Below, piece by piece: positions 9,929 through 20,956 of a DNA stretch of 64,000 nucleotides (the first letter of the stretch is position 1; every line of letters starts with the position of its first letter). The notes beneath the pieces are model-generated. The model was not told the DNA's origin. It worked only from the letters and a program-made list of their open reading frames with translations, and ran no database searches. The translations under genes and the position numbers were made by a program. This DNA comes from an uncultured Gemmatimonadaceae bacterium (GTDB lineage Bacteria > Gemmatimonadota > Gemmatimonadetes > Gemmatimonadales > Gemmatimonadaceae): positions 192,001-256,000 of the forward strand of contig CAVVTZ010000009.1 in assembly GCA_963751275.1 (NCBI GenBank). Direction: 5' to 3'.

Positions 9929-10843
9929 TTGATCAAGGTCCTCGGCGAATCCGACGTTCGCGCTGCGCTCCGCTGGGAGGAACTCATACCGGCGATGGCG
10001 CGCGCGCTCGCCGATTTCTCCGCGGGGCGCGTGGTGCAGCCTACGCGCAGCTGGCTCACGCTCGAGGAAGGACAGCGCCACCTCGGCGTGATGCCTGCCG
10101 CCACCGATCGCGCGGCTGGACTGAAGTTCGTGAGCCTCTATCAGAAGAATGAGGGGACGCGCCTGCCCACGGTGATGGCCACCGTGCTGCTCGTGGACCC
10201 GCAGACGGGCGAGCCCGTGGCGCTCGTGGAGGGCACCTTCCTCACCGCGATGCGCACCGCCGCCGTCTCGGCGGCCGTCGCGGATGCGATCGCGCCACGC
10301 GATGCCGGCGTGCTCGCGATGCTCGGCAGCGGCGTGGAGGCGGGCACGCACCTCGAGGCGATGCGCAGCATCCGGACGATCCGCGACGTGCGCGTCTGGA
10401 GTCGTACGCCGGCGCACGCGGCGGCGTTCGCGAAGGCGCACGACGCGACGGCGATGAGCGCCGAGCAGGCCGTGCGGGGCGCGGACATCGTGGTGTGCGC
10501 GACCGCGACGCACACCGCGGTGCTCGAGGGGGCGTGGCTTAAGAGGGGCGCGTTCGTGGCCTCGATCGGCGCGCCGAGCCCCAAGTGGCGCGAGGTGGAC
10601 GACGCCGCGATGTCGAACGTCCTGGTGGTGGATTCGCGCGACGCGTCACTCGCTGAGGCCGGGGACGTGATCCAGACCGGCGCGCCGATCTACGCCGAGG
10701 TGGGGGAGATCCTCTCCGGGAAGATCGCGGTGCCCACGGGGCGCACCGTGATCTTCAAGTCCAACGGACTGGCGGTGGAGGATGTCGTCGCGGCGCAGAT
10801 GGTCGTGGAGCGTTCCTCGGGCCGCGTGCCTCGTGCCTCGTGA
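9929..10843 (+). CDS. Ornithine cyclodeaminase / mu-crystallin family protein
   Basis: LGVMPA, LTAMRTAAVSA, GSGVEA, ADIVVCAT, FKSNGLAVED. Confidence 0.9.
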   Translation: MIKVLGESDVRAALRWEELIPAMARALADFSAGRVVQPTRSWLTLEEGQRHLGVMPAATDRAAGLKFVSLYQKNEGTRLPTVMATVLLVDPQTGEPVALVEGTFLTAMRTAAVSAAVADAIAPRDAGVLAMLGSGVEAGTHLEAMRSIRTIRDVRVWSRTPAHAAAFAKAHDATAMSAEQAVRGADIVVCATATHTAVLEGAWLKRGAFVASIGAPSPKWREVDDAAMSNVLVVDSRDASLAEAGDVIQTGAPIYAEVGEILSGKIAVPTGRTVIFKSNGLAVEDVVAAQMVVERSSGRVPRAS

Positions 10844-10881
10844 CGGCGCGGCGAGGCACGAGGAACGCGGCCCGAGGAACG
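10811..10881. repeat. Heptamer-based hairpin (GTGCCTC/GAGGCAC family) between convergent genes
   Basis: 30-bp arms 10811-10840 / 10852-10881 with one mismatch. Confidence 0.85.
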
Positions 10882-10882
10882 T

Positions 10883-11492
10883 TCACTGTCCCGTCGGCAT
10901 CATCGGCGTGTAGCTGACGAACCGCGACGCGATCATCGCGATCACGACGTAGAGGATGATCGCGCAGACGATGACGGCGATCGTGTAGCCCATTGCCTTG
11001 TCCTCCGGCACCTTCATCAGCACCGGCAGTCCGAGGTAGATGAGGTACAGGCTGTAGAGCCCGAGGATGCCGAGGATCCCGAGCATGGGGACGATCGCGA
11101 AGATGCCCGCGAGCCAGCCGGCCGTGCTCGCGTAGGCACACACCTTGAGCGCTTGCACCGTGTTCTTCTGGCCGCCGAAGGTCGGCGCGAGCCCATCGAC
11201 GATCAGCGCGAGCACGTACACGCTCACGAGGCCGAGCACATACCGCGCGATCGCTCCGGTGAGCAACGTCGTGAAGGGGATGTGCAGCGTGCCGACGATC
11301 GGGAGCGACAGCCCGAAGAGCGACATGCCGATGAGCGATGCCAGATCGGCGGGATCGCCGAGAGCGGGACGATGTAGCCCATATAGAGCGCTTGCACGCT
11401 GGTGCTCTCGCCGTCGATCACCGGCCATTCGGCACGCGGCTGCATGATGATGTTCTTGGCGCGCGCGATCAGGGCTCCCTGGGATCCGTCAT
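10883..11492 (-). CDS. Yip1 family membrane protein, frameshifted
   Basis: RAKNIIMQPRAEWPVI, LAPTFGGQKN, ALKVCAYASTAGW, LYSLYLIYLGLPVLMK. Confidence 0.85.
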
Positions 11493-11523
11493 CGGATGGT
11501 CCTCGTGGTTGGGGACAGTCGCG

Positions 11524-12390
11524 CTACTTCGCCGGCGCGGTGGGCTTGGGCATCTCCACCTTCGTATAGCCCGCCGGCACCTGGAAGACGCTCGCCGGGA
11601 TCGATCCCTTCTTCACGTTCGAGACGAGCATCGTCATGGAGCTGGTCCGCGCTTTGTCGCCCTCGCCGCTCGTGCTCGTGCTCACTTGCTTCAGCTGCAG
11701 GCCCGGCTTCACGTTGCGCGTATGCCTTGATGATCGCAGTGGTGAGCGGCGCCAATCATGCCGGTCGCTCCCTGTACCGCCTTGGCAAGATCGGGACGTC
11801 CGTTCGGGCTCATGATCGGGTCCAGGTCCGGTGCGACCCAAATGTCGGCCACCTCATGCGAGGCGCGTCTTCGTGTCATGGCCCAAGATGGATATGTCGA
11901 GGTGTAACTCTTCGTCAACTTGTAGCGGAGCGTGGAGTAGCCCTCGATCTTCTCGCCGGCGCCGAGCGCCTCCATGTCGACCTTCACGTCGACCTCGACC
12001 TTCAGTGACGCGACGCCGCCATGCGTCAGTTCTGAGCCGGCCGCTCCTCAGGTCAACTCGCCGAAGTCGAACTCCATGTACTGCTTCTTCGCCGGCGTCC
12101 ACGAAGATGGTCATGTGCGTGCCGCTATTCGAGATGAGTAGGTGCCCGTGCCCATGAGGCCGCCCGGCACCATCGACTTCGGCTGATGTCCAACCGCGCC
12201 ATGCCCTTCTCGAACTGTCCGTGGGCCGTCATGTACCGTGATCGTCGTGTCCCGGCCGGTCTTCCGGTCGGGGTGGGTGCTGGTGCTCGCTGAAGTCGTA
12301 GCTGAGGCCCTGCGCGGCGAGCGCGGACGCGCACGACAGGGCGAGAGCGAGTGCGGCGACGCGTGGAGCGCGATGGGACGGGATCCGCAT
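11524..12390 (-). CDS. Secreted DUF4412-like protein, multiply frameshifted
   Basis: Signal peptide; GAGEKIEGYSTLRY, IWVAPDL, SIPASVFQVPAGYTKV. Confidence 0.6.
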
Positions 12391-12491
12391 GAAGGTCTCC
12401 GGTTGGGGAGTTGGGCCGCCACTACAATACTGCCCCATGGCGCGTTCGGTTAGCGTGGCGGCTTCCGCCGGGATGCGCCATCTTTCGGAGC

Positions 12492-13028
12492 ATGCGAGTC
12501 CAGGATCTCCTGCTCGACGCGCTGCACGCCAAGCGTGAGAACCGGCTGGAGGATGCGCGGCGCGACCTGCGCGACGCGGCGGCGCAGCTGCGCGAGAAGA
12601 ACGTGCCGAGCGAGCTGGCCGACGTGCTGCGCGACCTCGGCGAGCTCGAGCGCCGGCTGCGGAACGCCGACGCGGCGCGCGGGCATTACGAAGAGGCCGT
12701 CGCCATCCTCAGCGGCGTGGACGATCCGCTGCGCCTCGCGCACACGATGCGGCACCTGGGAGACGTGCACTATGAGGCGGGGCGCACCACGGCCGCGGAG
12801 CTGAGCTACCGCGAGGCGCTCGCACTGTACCGCAACGCCGGCCGCACCAAGCCGCTGGATCTCGCGAACGCCATCCGCAGCATGGCGGTGCTGAAGAGCG
12901 ATCACGGACCGGTCGATGAAGCGCGCACCCTGTGGCAGGAAGCGATGGAGCTGTACGCCGCGGCGAACGTGCAGCCCGGCGTCGCCGAGTGCTCCGCTCG
13001 GCTGAGGATGCTGAGCGCGCGCACCTGA
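12492..13028 (+). CDS. Tetratricopeptide-repeat protein
   Basis: LADVLRDLG, ARGHYEEAV, LAHTMRHLG, YREALALYR; GGAG RBS. Confidence 0.85.
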   Translation: MRVQDLLLDALHAKRENRLEDARRDLRDAAAQLREKNVPSELADVLRDLGELERRLRNADAARGHYEEAVAILSGVDDPLRLAHTMRHLGDVHYEAGRTTAAELSYREALALYRNAGRTKPLDLANAIRSMAVLKSDHGPVDEARTLWQEAMELYAAANVQPGVAECSARLRMLSART

Positions 13029-13133
13029 TGTTCGTATGGGGCGCGCTGCGATCGCGTCGCCCCGGGCAGGCTCTCTTGCGGCGGCGGCCGGGCACGCCGT
13101 AGTGTAGAGGTCTCTCCTACCGAAGAGCGTCCC

Positions 13134-16100
13134 CTGTCGGGTGACGAAGAGCAGGCGGCCTTCGCGGCCGCGGTCGCCGGCACGTACCGTGTCGAGGCGA
13201 AGATCGGGTCCGGTGGTTGGGGAGTGGTCTATCGCGCACACGACCTTCGCAACGATCGCGAGGTCGCGCTGAAACTCCTGCGCGTGGAATTCCAGGGGAA
13301 GCACCCGCTCGAGCGGTTCCGCCAGGAGATCGCCATCCTCGCGCGGCTCAACCATCCCAACATCGTCGCGTATTACGAGTCGGGCGAGTTCAACGGCGCG
13401 CCCTGGTACGCCATGTCGTTCGTGGCAGGGGAGACGCTGAACGACCGGCTGGAGCGCGAGGGGCAGCTGCCGATAGGGGATTCGCTGCGGATCGCGAAGG
13501 AAGTGGCGGACGCGCTCGCGCACGCGCACGCCGAGGGCGTAGTGCATCGCGACATCAAGCCGGGCAACATCCTGCTGCAGGGCGATCGCGTGTTCGTGGC
13601 GGATTTCGGGATCGCGCGCGCGATCGACCGGGGTGAGCGCGAGCAGTGGATCTCGTCGTCGGGCGTTCAGATCGGGACGCCGGCATACATGAGCCCGGAG
13701 CAGGCGGGCGCGGACAAGAAGATCGACGGCCGCTCCGACATCTACTCGCTGGGCTGCGTGCTGTACGAGATGATCGGCGGTCTGCCTCCGTTCTCGGGAC
13801 CGTCCGGGACCGCCACCATGGCGAGACATATCCTCGATCCGGTTCCGCCGCTGGAGACGCTGCGCAGCGCCGTGCCGAAGGCGGTGGCGGAGGTCGTGTA
13901 TCGCACGCTCGCGAAGTCGCCGGCCGACCGGTTCAAGAGTGCGGAGGAGTTCTCGAAGGTGCTGGCGGCGGTGGCGCTCGACCCGGCGACATCCGTGGTG
14001 GCGCCGTCGTATCGCCGCGTGTGGCGCGCGGCGGCCGGCCTGCTGGCCGCGTCCGTGCTGGCCCTGGCGGGCTGGACCGCGTGGCTGGTGGGCGCGCGGG
14101 CGGTCGATGCGCGCGCCGTCGCGGCGGCGGACACGGTGCGGCTGGTGGTGTTCCCGTTCGAGCACGACTCAGGCGTGGCGCCGACGCTCGACGCGGACCG
14201 CTTGATGCGCCAGGGGCTGATGCGATGGCGCGGCGTGGAGGTGGTGGATCCCTTCGCGCTGGCGGAGGCGATGGGTACGCGCACGGATGGCTCGGTTTCC
14301 GCATCGCGGGCGCGCGCGCTCGCGCTGGGATTCCGAGCGGGGCGCTACATCAGGGGATCGCTGTCAAAGGACGGCGCGCTTCTGCGCCTGCAGGCCATGT
14401 TCTACGATGTTTCGAAGGGCGAGACTCCGATCGCCGAGGCGAGCGCGACGGCGGTGGCGTCAGGCCCGCCCTTGCTAGCAGCGTTCACGGGGATCGCTGA
14501 TCGGCTGTTGTTCCGACCGGTCGACTCGGCGGCATTCGCCGCCTCCACGAGCGGGACCTCGAGCCTCGCCTCACGCCAGGCATACCTGCGAGGGCAATCC
14601 GCTCTTGATCGTTGGGCGCTGAGTTCCGCGGATTCCGCGTTCGCAGCGGCCACGCGGATCGATCCGCACTACGCACAGGCGTTCCTGTGGCTCGCGCTCT
14701 CGCGGGCATGGGCCGACAGAGATTCCTCAACGTGGCAATATGCGGTGGAGGCCGCCGCTGCCGGCCGTGCACGATTGTCAGAGGCCGATCGAGCGATGAC
14801 CGACGCGTTGTCGGCGCTCTTCCGCGACGACCGGCCGGGTGCGTGCGCCATATGGGACGCGCTCGCGCGACGGGAGCCGTTCGCATTCTCCGCGTGGTAT
14901 GGCGCGGCGAACTGCCTGTTGAACGACAAGCTCGTTCTGAAGGATGCGAAGAGTCCATCCGGTTGGCGGTTCCGAAGCAGCTATCACTCGGCGCTCATGC
15001 GGTACCGTCGTGCGTTCGAACTGAGACCGGCGGTCCTCAGTGCACTCCGCAGCAACGCATTCACCGACGTGCGCGAGTTGCTATGGACCAGCGGATATGT
15101 GATACGCGATGGTGCGACAGGAGGGCCGGACCCGCAGCAATTAGCTGCATTCGCCTCCTGGGAGGGCGACACGCTCGCGTTCGTACCATTCTCCTACGCA
15201 GTCATCGGAAGTTCGGACCCTCGCATACTTCGTCGACTGCCACGCACGGTTGGCGTTGCGGTCCGGCATCAAGGCAGCTCTTCCGGGACATCGCAATGGG
15301 ATGGGTAGCGTCCGACCCACACAGTGCGGAGGCAGCGCAAGCACTGGCGCTTTCCCTGTTCTTGCTCGGAGAGCCATCCGCGATCGACACGCTCATGCGA
15401 GCGAAATCGCTCGCGATCGAACCAGCCGAGAGGCAGCGCGTCGCCATGATGGAGATCTGGATGCGCGTACAGTTCGCACTGCCGGCGGATCTGCGCGCTC
15501 TCCGAAAGGCGCGTGACCTGGCGGATTCGCTCCTCGCGGCGCGATCGAGCGATCCGGTTGATCCGGAGACTCTTGCGAGCATCGCGGCACTCACCGGACA
15601 CGCCTTCGAAGCGGAGCGCCTTGAGCGTCGTGCCGAGGGCCGTGTGCTCGGCGCCTCGTCTCCACTGATCAGACTTGCCTCTCGCACGATGGTCGTATTC
15701 GCAGCATTCGGCGGCCCGGCGGACACGCTTCGGGCGCTCGAGCAACGGATCGACTCGCTCGTCGCGACGTCGGCGAGTCCGGATCTACGCGCGATGCATC
15801 GCGCCGGAGCACTCGGTCGTGCCGCCGGACTGGCCTTCCCTGATGTTCAGCTGAGCGCCGTCGCATCGCTCGGAACGAGCAACCAGTATCTGCTCAATGC
15901 CGAGGCGGCCTACGTACGTGGTGACAACGCCCGTGCACTTCAGGTGTTGACGAATATGCAGCATGTGCGTGACGCCTTCTTGCCGCTCGACCCGACGATA
16001 GATGGGTTGTATCCGGAAGCCTGGCTGCTTGGAGCGATGGGCGACACACGGAGCGCGATCGAGAGGCTCGATCCCGCGCTCTCGAATCTCCGGGCTTCGT

Positions 16101-16297
16101 CCTACTTAGTTGACCCGATCACCGCTGCGACGCTCGTGAGAGCAATGGCGTATCGGGCCGATCTGGCGGCACGCGCGGGCGACCGACGGAGTGCCGCGCT
16201 ATGGGCTGCCGCGGTGGCGGAGTTGTGGGCGAACGCAGATGAGTTCCTGCAGCCGCTGGTGAAGCGGATGCGCCAACTGGCTGTGGAAGGCGAGTGA
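13134..16297 (+). CDS. Membrane Ser/Thr kinase with long TPR-like C-terminal region; one frameshift near 15270; start uncertain
   Basis: In-frame YRVEAKIGSGGWGVVY lies upstream of the listed 13224 start (CTG at 13134); HRDIKPGN, DFG, GTPAYMSPEQ; TM helix; continues in the 14612..16297 frame. Confidence 0.8.
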
Positions 16298-16360
16298 ACG
16301 CTGTGAGGCGAAGTCCATAAGGGACTTCGTGCCGGGAGAACCTCGACATAGGAGGAAGCC

Positions 16361-17659
16361 GTGAATAGGCTCAGCCGTATCACAGGTGCGCTGGCAGGGA
16401 TCGGCGTGGTGCTAGCCGCAGTCTCATGGGGATATGGACACGCTTCGCCCCCGCCGCCGCCGAGGCCGGAGTGCCCGCATGAGTGGCCGGAAGGTCTGAA
16501 GATGGAATTGCCCGTTCCCGGCCCGATCTCGAATGTCCCGGAGTTCCACGACTGCCAGCGGTTCCTTCTCAACAAGTCGGGCAATCTCGCCTACGGATCG
16601 ATGGAGGCGATCTTCGTCCGCTACAAGATCGACTCGGTGTTCGACAGCACTGAACCCCTTCACATTCCGGACACGCTGTACCACACGAGTCCCTGGTATG
16701 CGATCCTGACGCCTCCGACCGCTACGACTCACCTCGCGATAGTCGGACAGGTGCTTTCATATGGGAACTATACCCTACTCGGAATCCAGTCCACATACAG
16801 CTGTATCTTGCTCGAATGGGATGCCGCTCCCTCGCCGCCGATGTACCGCGCTTGGATGGTCCCTGTTCCGAGCGGCACGCGATGCGGCCTTCCTCCGCTC
16901 ACGCTCCCGGCCGCTCACATCAAGGAGCTGTACGTGACTCCAGTCACGTTCGCGAATGACGCGCCGCCGGTCTCGCGCTGGGACTGGGATCCGATCGCGA
17001 GAGAGCAGTACATCGGGATGGTCTGTCCGACCGGTTGGTGTGAGTTGCATGCCGAGCAGGGTTATACAACGTCCTCGAGCCACGGCGGAACGCCGTCGAT
17101 TATGAAGGGCTGGTACGATGAGCAATATCTGGCGAGCTATGTCTCCGGAGCGCTGACGATGGATGGATCGTTCGGTGCGATCTTTCCCGATCCGACGCTT
17201 GGTGGGAGAAGCGTCGCGAGCTACACCGGCCAATGGTTGGCCTCAGCATGGGTGACGCTGAATCACCAGTCGGCGAACTACGCCCCAAAACTGAATCTCG
17301 AGCCTGGGTCGCCTATGATGAACCCATTGGCGGATCTCGTGCACCCGGATGTCGCGCGGCAGTACAACGAGATCGAGCTGTGTTTCAGTACCGGCGCTAA
17401 GAGGTGCCCGAACCAAGACCTTGTGAAGCACCCGTGCCCCCCGGACCACTGGACGGAGGGGACCCAATCGTACGTCGGAACCTGGTTCGCCAGAGAGACG
17501 CCGGTGGGGGGACACAATCCCACATACTCCTGTACACAATTCCGATCCTATCCCGGTTTCCAAGCGCCGCCCACGGTCCGCTGGCGGTGGGACCTCAAGG
17601 ATGAGACGATGTGGATCTCATGCCCCCTCGGCTGCTGTCAGGTGAAGGTCGTCCAGTAG
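16361..17659 (+). CDS. Secreted Cys/Trp-rich hypothetical protein with internal duplication
   Basis: AGGAGG RBS, signal peptide; PPVSRWDWD...CPTGWC and PPTVRWRWD...CPLGCC. Confidence 0.75.
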   Translation: MNRLSRITGALAGIGVVLAAVSWGYGHASPPPPPRPECPHEWPEGLKMELPVPGPISNVPEFHDCQRFLLNKSGNLAYGSMEAIFVRYKIDSVFDSTEPLHIPDTLYHTSPWYAILTPPTATTHLAIVGQVLSYGNYTLLGIQSTYSCILLEWDAAPSPPMYRAWMVPVPSGTRCGLPPLTLPAAHIKELYVTPVTFANDAPPVSRWDWDPIAREQYIGMVCPTGWCELHAEQGYTTSSSHGGTPSIMKGWYDEQYLASYVSGALTMDGSFGAIFPDPTLGGRSVASYTGQWLASAWVTLNHQSANYAPKLNLEPGSPMMNPLADLVHPDVARQYNEIELCFSTGAKRCPNQDLVKHPCPPDHWTEGTQSYVGTWFARETPVGGHNPTYSCTQFRSYPGFQAPPTVRWRWDLKDETMWISCPLGCCQVKVVQ

Positions 17660-17738
17660 GGCAGGACCAGCGGTCGTATCAACGCACGGAGTGAATCGCC
17701 GCCGGGAGCCAAGCTTCCGGCGGCGATCCGCCGCGTAC

Positions 17739-18729
17739 CTACCGCGTTCGGCTGAGTAGGAGCGCGAGCACGATCGCGATGCCGGTCGAGAGCACCGCGA
17801 TCGCCCAGGGCAGCCAAACCGGCATTCGCGCCAGTTGCGGTGGCACGCCCCACGGAGCGGCGGCGCTCTCGATGCCGGCCACCGCCCGCACGATCTCCTC
17901 GCCGCTCTGCGGTCGCTTCGCCGGATCCTTCTCGAGGGCCTTCATCACGATGGCCGCCAGCGGCGACGGCACATCCACGCGCCGCTTCGCGATCGGGTCC
18001 GGCGCCTGCTTCGCGTGCGCGGTGAAGATCGCGACCACGTTCCGGCCGCCGAAGGGAGGATGCCCGGTGATCATCTCGTACGCCACCACCCCCAGTGCAT
18101 AGAGATCCGCGCGGTGGTCGAGCGCCGGGTCGGCGCGGATCTGCTCCGGCGCCATGTAGATCGCCGTGCCGAGCGGCTTGTTCGCGCTCGTCTTGAAGCG
18201 CTGGAAGGCGGGATCCTGACGCACGGACTCCGAGATCGCCTTCCCGATCCCGAAGTCGAGCACCACGGCATGGCCGTGATAGAACATCACATTCTCCGGC
18301 TTGATGTCTCGGTGCGATCAGCTGCCCGAGGCGTGCGCATAGTCGAGCGCGCTCGCGACGTCGGAGAGGATGCGCGTGATGTCGGCGTACGCCATCGGGC
18401 CGCTCGCGATCGATCCGCTCGCGCAGCGATTCGCCGTCCACGAGCGGCATGGTGTAGTAGAGGTAGATTCCCGCTTGGCCCGCGGAGAGGAGCGGCACGA
18501 TGTGCGGATGCTGCAGCCGCGCGGCCATCGCGATCTCGCGCTTGAAGCGGTCGGCCGAAAGCGTGGCCGCCACCTCGGACGAGAGCACCTTCACCACGAT
18601 GTGCCGGCCGAGCGCGCTCTCGGTGGCGACGAACACGCGCGACATCCCTCCGCGCGGGAGCTCGCGTTCGAGGACGTACTGGTCGCCGAGTGCGGCCTGG
18701 AAGGTCGAAAGCGGGATCTGCTCGCGCAC
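17739..18729 (-). CDS. Short Ser/Thr kinase with C-terminal TM helix, frameshifted near 18320
   Basis: RELPRGGMSRVF, HPHIVPL, DFG, GTAIYMAPEQ, DLYALG. Confidence 0.8.
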
Positions 18730-18733
18730 GTCC

Positions 18734-19174
18734 CTAAGGTAGCGCCATCGACGCCTGGCCGAAGACGTAGCGCCAGCCGCCCGCCGTCCTCACGTACACA
18801 TCGCTGAACCAGAGCTTCTTGTCGAACGCGTTGCCGCCGGTGGTGCCTTTCTCCCAGAGGAGCGCGGTGACGACGGCAGTGTTCCCCCAGACGCGTACCT
18901 TCTGGAGCGTGTCCTCCTGCCGCTCATAGATCGTGCTCTTCGTGCGCGCGGCCTCGAGCAGCTCGGCGCGCGTGAACACCGCGCCGCGGCCCGTGACGAG
19001 AATGAAATCCTCGGCGAGGATCGCGCTCATGCCATCGGCGTCGTTGGCCTTCACCGCGGCTTGGTATTTGGTGTCGAGCGCCGCGACGGTGGCGGCGTCG
19101 TCCATCGCCATCGGCGTGCCGCGCGTTAGGCCGAGCAGGCACAGCGCGATGGGCAGGGCGAGCATGGAACGCAT
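18734..19174 (-). CDS. NTF2-like (DUF4440) secreted protein
   Basis: ILAEDFILVTGRG, VRVWGNTAVVT, WFSDVYVR...WRYVFGQAS; GGAG RBS. Confidence 0.85.
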   Translation of the reverse strand: MRSMLALPIALCLLGLTRGTPMAMDDAATVAALDTKYQAAVKANDADGMSAILAEDFILVTGRGAVFTRAELLEAARTKSTIYERQEDTLQKVRVWGNTAVVTALLWEKGTTGGNAFDKKLWFSDVYVRTAGGWRYVFGQASMALP

Positions 19175-19341
19175 GAGAGACTCCGTGGAATTGGCCGCGT
19201 CCAATCGTGCCGCCTCGAGTGGTACGATGTCAACTCGTTCCTCCTCTTTCGCGCGTCCTAGGCACACCCGTGCACTCGCGGAGATTGACGCGCTTCCCGG
19301 CCGCATCTATGTTGGCGAGGCAAGCGAATCGGAGGGGCGCG

Positions 19342-20013
19342 ATGCGATTGGCCCAGTCGGCCGCGGTGGTCGGTATCGCGGTGCTATGTTGCCCAATGCT
19401 TCCGTCGCAAGCGAGCCCCAAGGCGAGCCCGCAGACAGCGAGCGTGCCCATCAGCGCGAAGGCCGTGCCGAGCATTGCATTCGAGGCCGACCTGGCGCAT
19501 GCCGCTCCTGTCGCCAAATCGCTGAAGACCGGGAGCACGGCGTGGCACTGCACCACGACGCACTGCTCGGGCACGGGCCCCGGCACGGATGCGGCCGCCC
19601 TCTGCAAGGCGCTCGCCGCCCAGGTGGGAGCGCTTAAGAATTTTTCTGCGGCCGGTCGTGCGATCGACATGCGCACATGTCCTGCGCCGGCCCCGTTGCC
19701 GGTCGCATCCGTGGCGCAGGTCGCGCCGGCAAACAAGATCGCTGCACCGGTGTCGATCCCGGGGGCGCCGCCGGCCGCGCATGCGGCGGGTTCGACCGGT
19801 TCCACGAGCGCGACCGGCCTCCATTTCACGACTCCCGCGATCACGCTCACCGGCACCGGCGTGCTGGCCGCGGAGGCACCCCGCGCGAACATCGCGTTCA
19901 CGACGCCGGCAATCACGCTCACGGGCACCGGCGCCGAGGCGGTCATCATCGCGCCCGCTCGGGCGGGGATCGCGTTCACGACCGATACCTTCCGACTGAC
20001 GGGCCACCCGTGA
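19342..20013 (+). CDS. Secreted protein with a four-Cys domain and three FTTPAITLTG-type repeats
   Basis: GGAGG RBS, signal peptide; WHCTTTHC...LCKALAAQVG...F...C; C-terminal repeats. Confidence 0.75.
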   Translation: MRLAQSAAVVGIAVLCCPMLPSQASPKASPQTASVPISAKAVPSIAFEADLAHAAPVAKSLKTGSTAWHCTTTHCSGTGPGTDAAALCKALAAQVGALKNFSAAGRAIDMRTCPAPAPLPVASVAQVAPANKIAAPVSIPGAPPAAHAAGSTGSTSATGLHFTTPAITLTGTGVLAAEAPRANIAFTTPAITLTGTGAEAVIIAPARAGIAFTTDTFRLTGHP

Positions 20014-20041
20014 TCCGCATCCTATCTTCGAGGACCCTCGC

Positions 20042-20476
20042 ATGAGGATATGTCTCGGCGCCTGCTGGCTGGTTGCTCTGGCGTGGGCCGCACCGGTCAG
20101 CGCGCAAGCGACGGACTTCACAATCACGGTTCCCGTGAACGTGAGCGGCGTGCCGCCAAGTGTGATATCAATGGGAATAGGCTGTGTGATCAAGCCGACG
20201 CAATTCGGCGATGCCTCGACCTACATCGCACGCGGCAACCAGTTACTCCATCTCACCGGCGGCGCCTACCATGGCAATGTGACCATCGCCGTCAACGCGC
20301 TCCCGGGCAAGGATCCGGCGCAGGCGCACTGGTATTTTTGCATCGCCGATTTCGAGGGCGCAGGCAGCACGATCTACTTCCAGGGCGGCAACATGACGCC
20401 ACCGGTCTTCCCTCTCGTTACGGGCGCACCATTCTATCTCGGTACGACGGTCCCGACCAGGATCCCCGGTCGATGA
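20042..20476 (+). CDS. Secreted two-Cys beta-rich protein (paralog of 20957..21355)
   Basis: GAGG RBS, signal peptide, DFTITVPVN...IGCVI...VTIAVN...WYFC. Confidence 0.75.
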   Translation: MRICLGACWLVALAWAAPVSAQATDFTITVPVNVSGVPPSVISMGIGCVIKPTQFGDASTYIARGNQLLHLTGGAYHGNVTIAVNALPGKDPAQAHWYFCIADFEGAGSTIYFQGGNMTPPVFPLVTGAPFYLGTTVPTRIPGR

Positions 20477-20940
20477 ACATGCCGAGGATGGGGCTTGCCG
20501 TCTCCGTCGTACTGATGGCCGTCGCATCGGCACCAGCGCAGCAGCCGAAGGTCGCGGCGCCGGTGAAGCCCGTCGTCACGTCGCCGGTCAAGACCATGGC
20601 GCCGGTGACGACGACTGCGGTGAAAATGCCGGCGTCGACCACCATCCGTACGCCGGCGATCACATTCATTGGCGCCGGCTCCAAGGGCGCGACGATCACG
20701 ACGCCCGCTATCACCTTCGCCGGCGCGGGCCCAGGTGGCATCATGATCCGAACGCCCGCGATCATGTTCGCCGGGATCCCCGCAGGCGGGCCGGTCATCA
20801 ACACCCCTGCCATCTCGTTCATTGGCGGCGCCGGCGGCAAGGGGATCAGGACGCCCGCCATCACCTTCATCGGCGTGCACACCGGGTCCACCACGATCAC
20901 GACCGATCCGATCTCCTTCACCGGGAACCCTTCCCACTAG
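20473..20940 (+). CDS. Secreted protein with six ~17-aa IxTPAIxFxG repeats
   Basis: ATGA overlap with upstream stop; signal peptide; tandem repeats to the C-terminus. Confidence 0.8.
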   Translation: MNMPRMGLAVSVVLMAVASAPAQQPKVAAPVKPVVTSPVKTMAPVTTTAVKMPASTTIRTPAITFIGAGSKGATITTPAITFAGAGPGGIMIRTPAIMFAGIPAGGPVINTPAISFIGGAGGKGIRTPAITFIGVHTGSTTITTDPISFTGNPSH

Positions 20941-20956
20941 CCCGGGACTTACCACC

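Noticed and set aside
14300..17700. Prophage or integrative element
   Set aside because: Only a composition shift; no integrase, tRNA, att repeats or phage genes.
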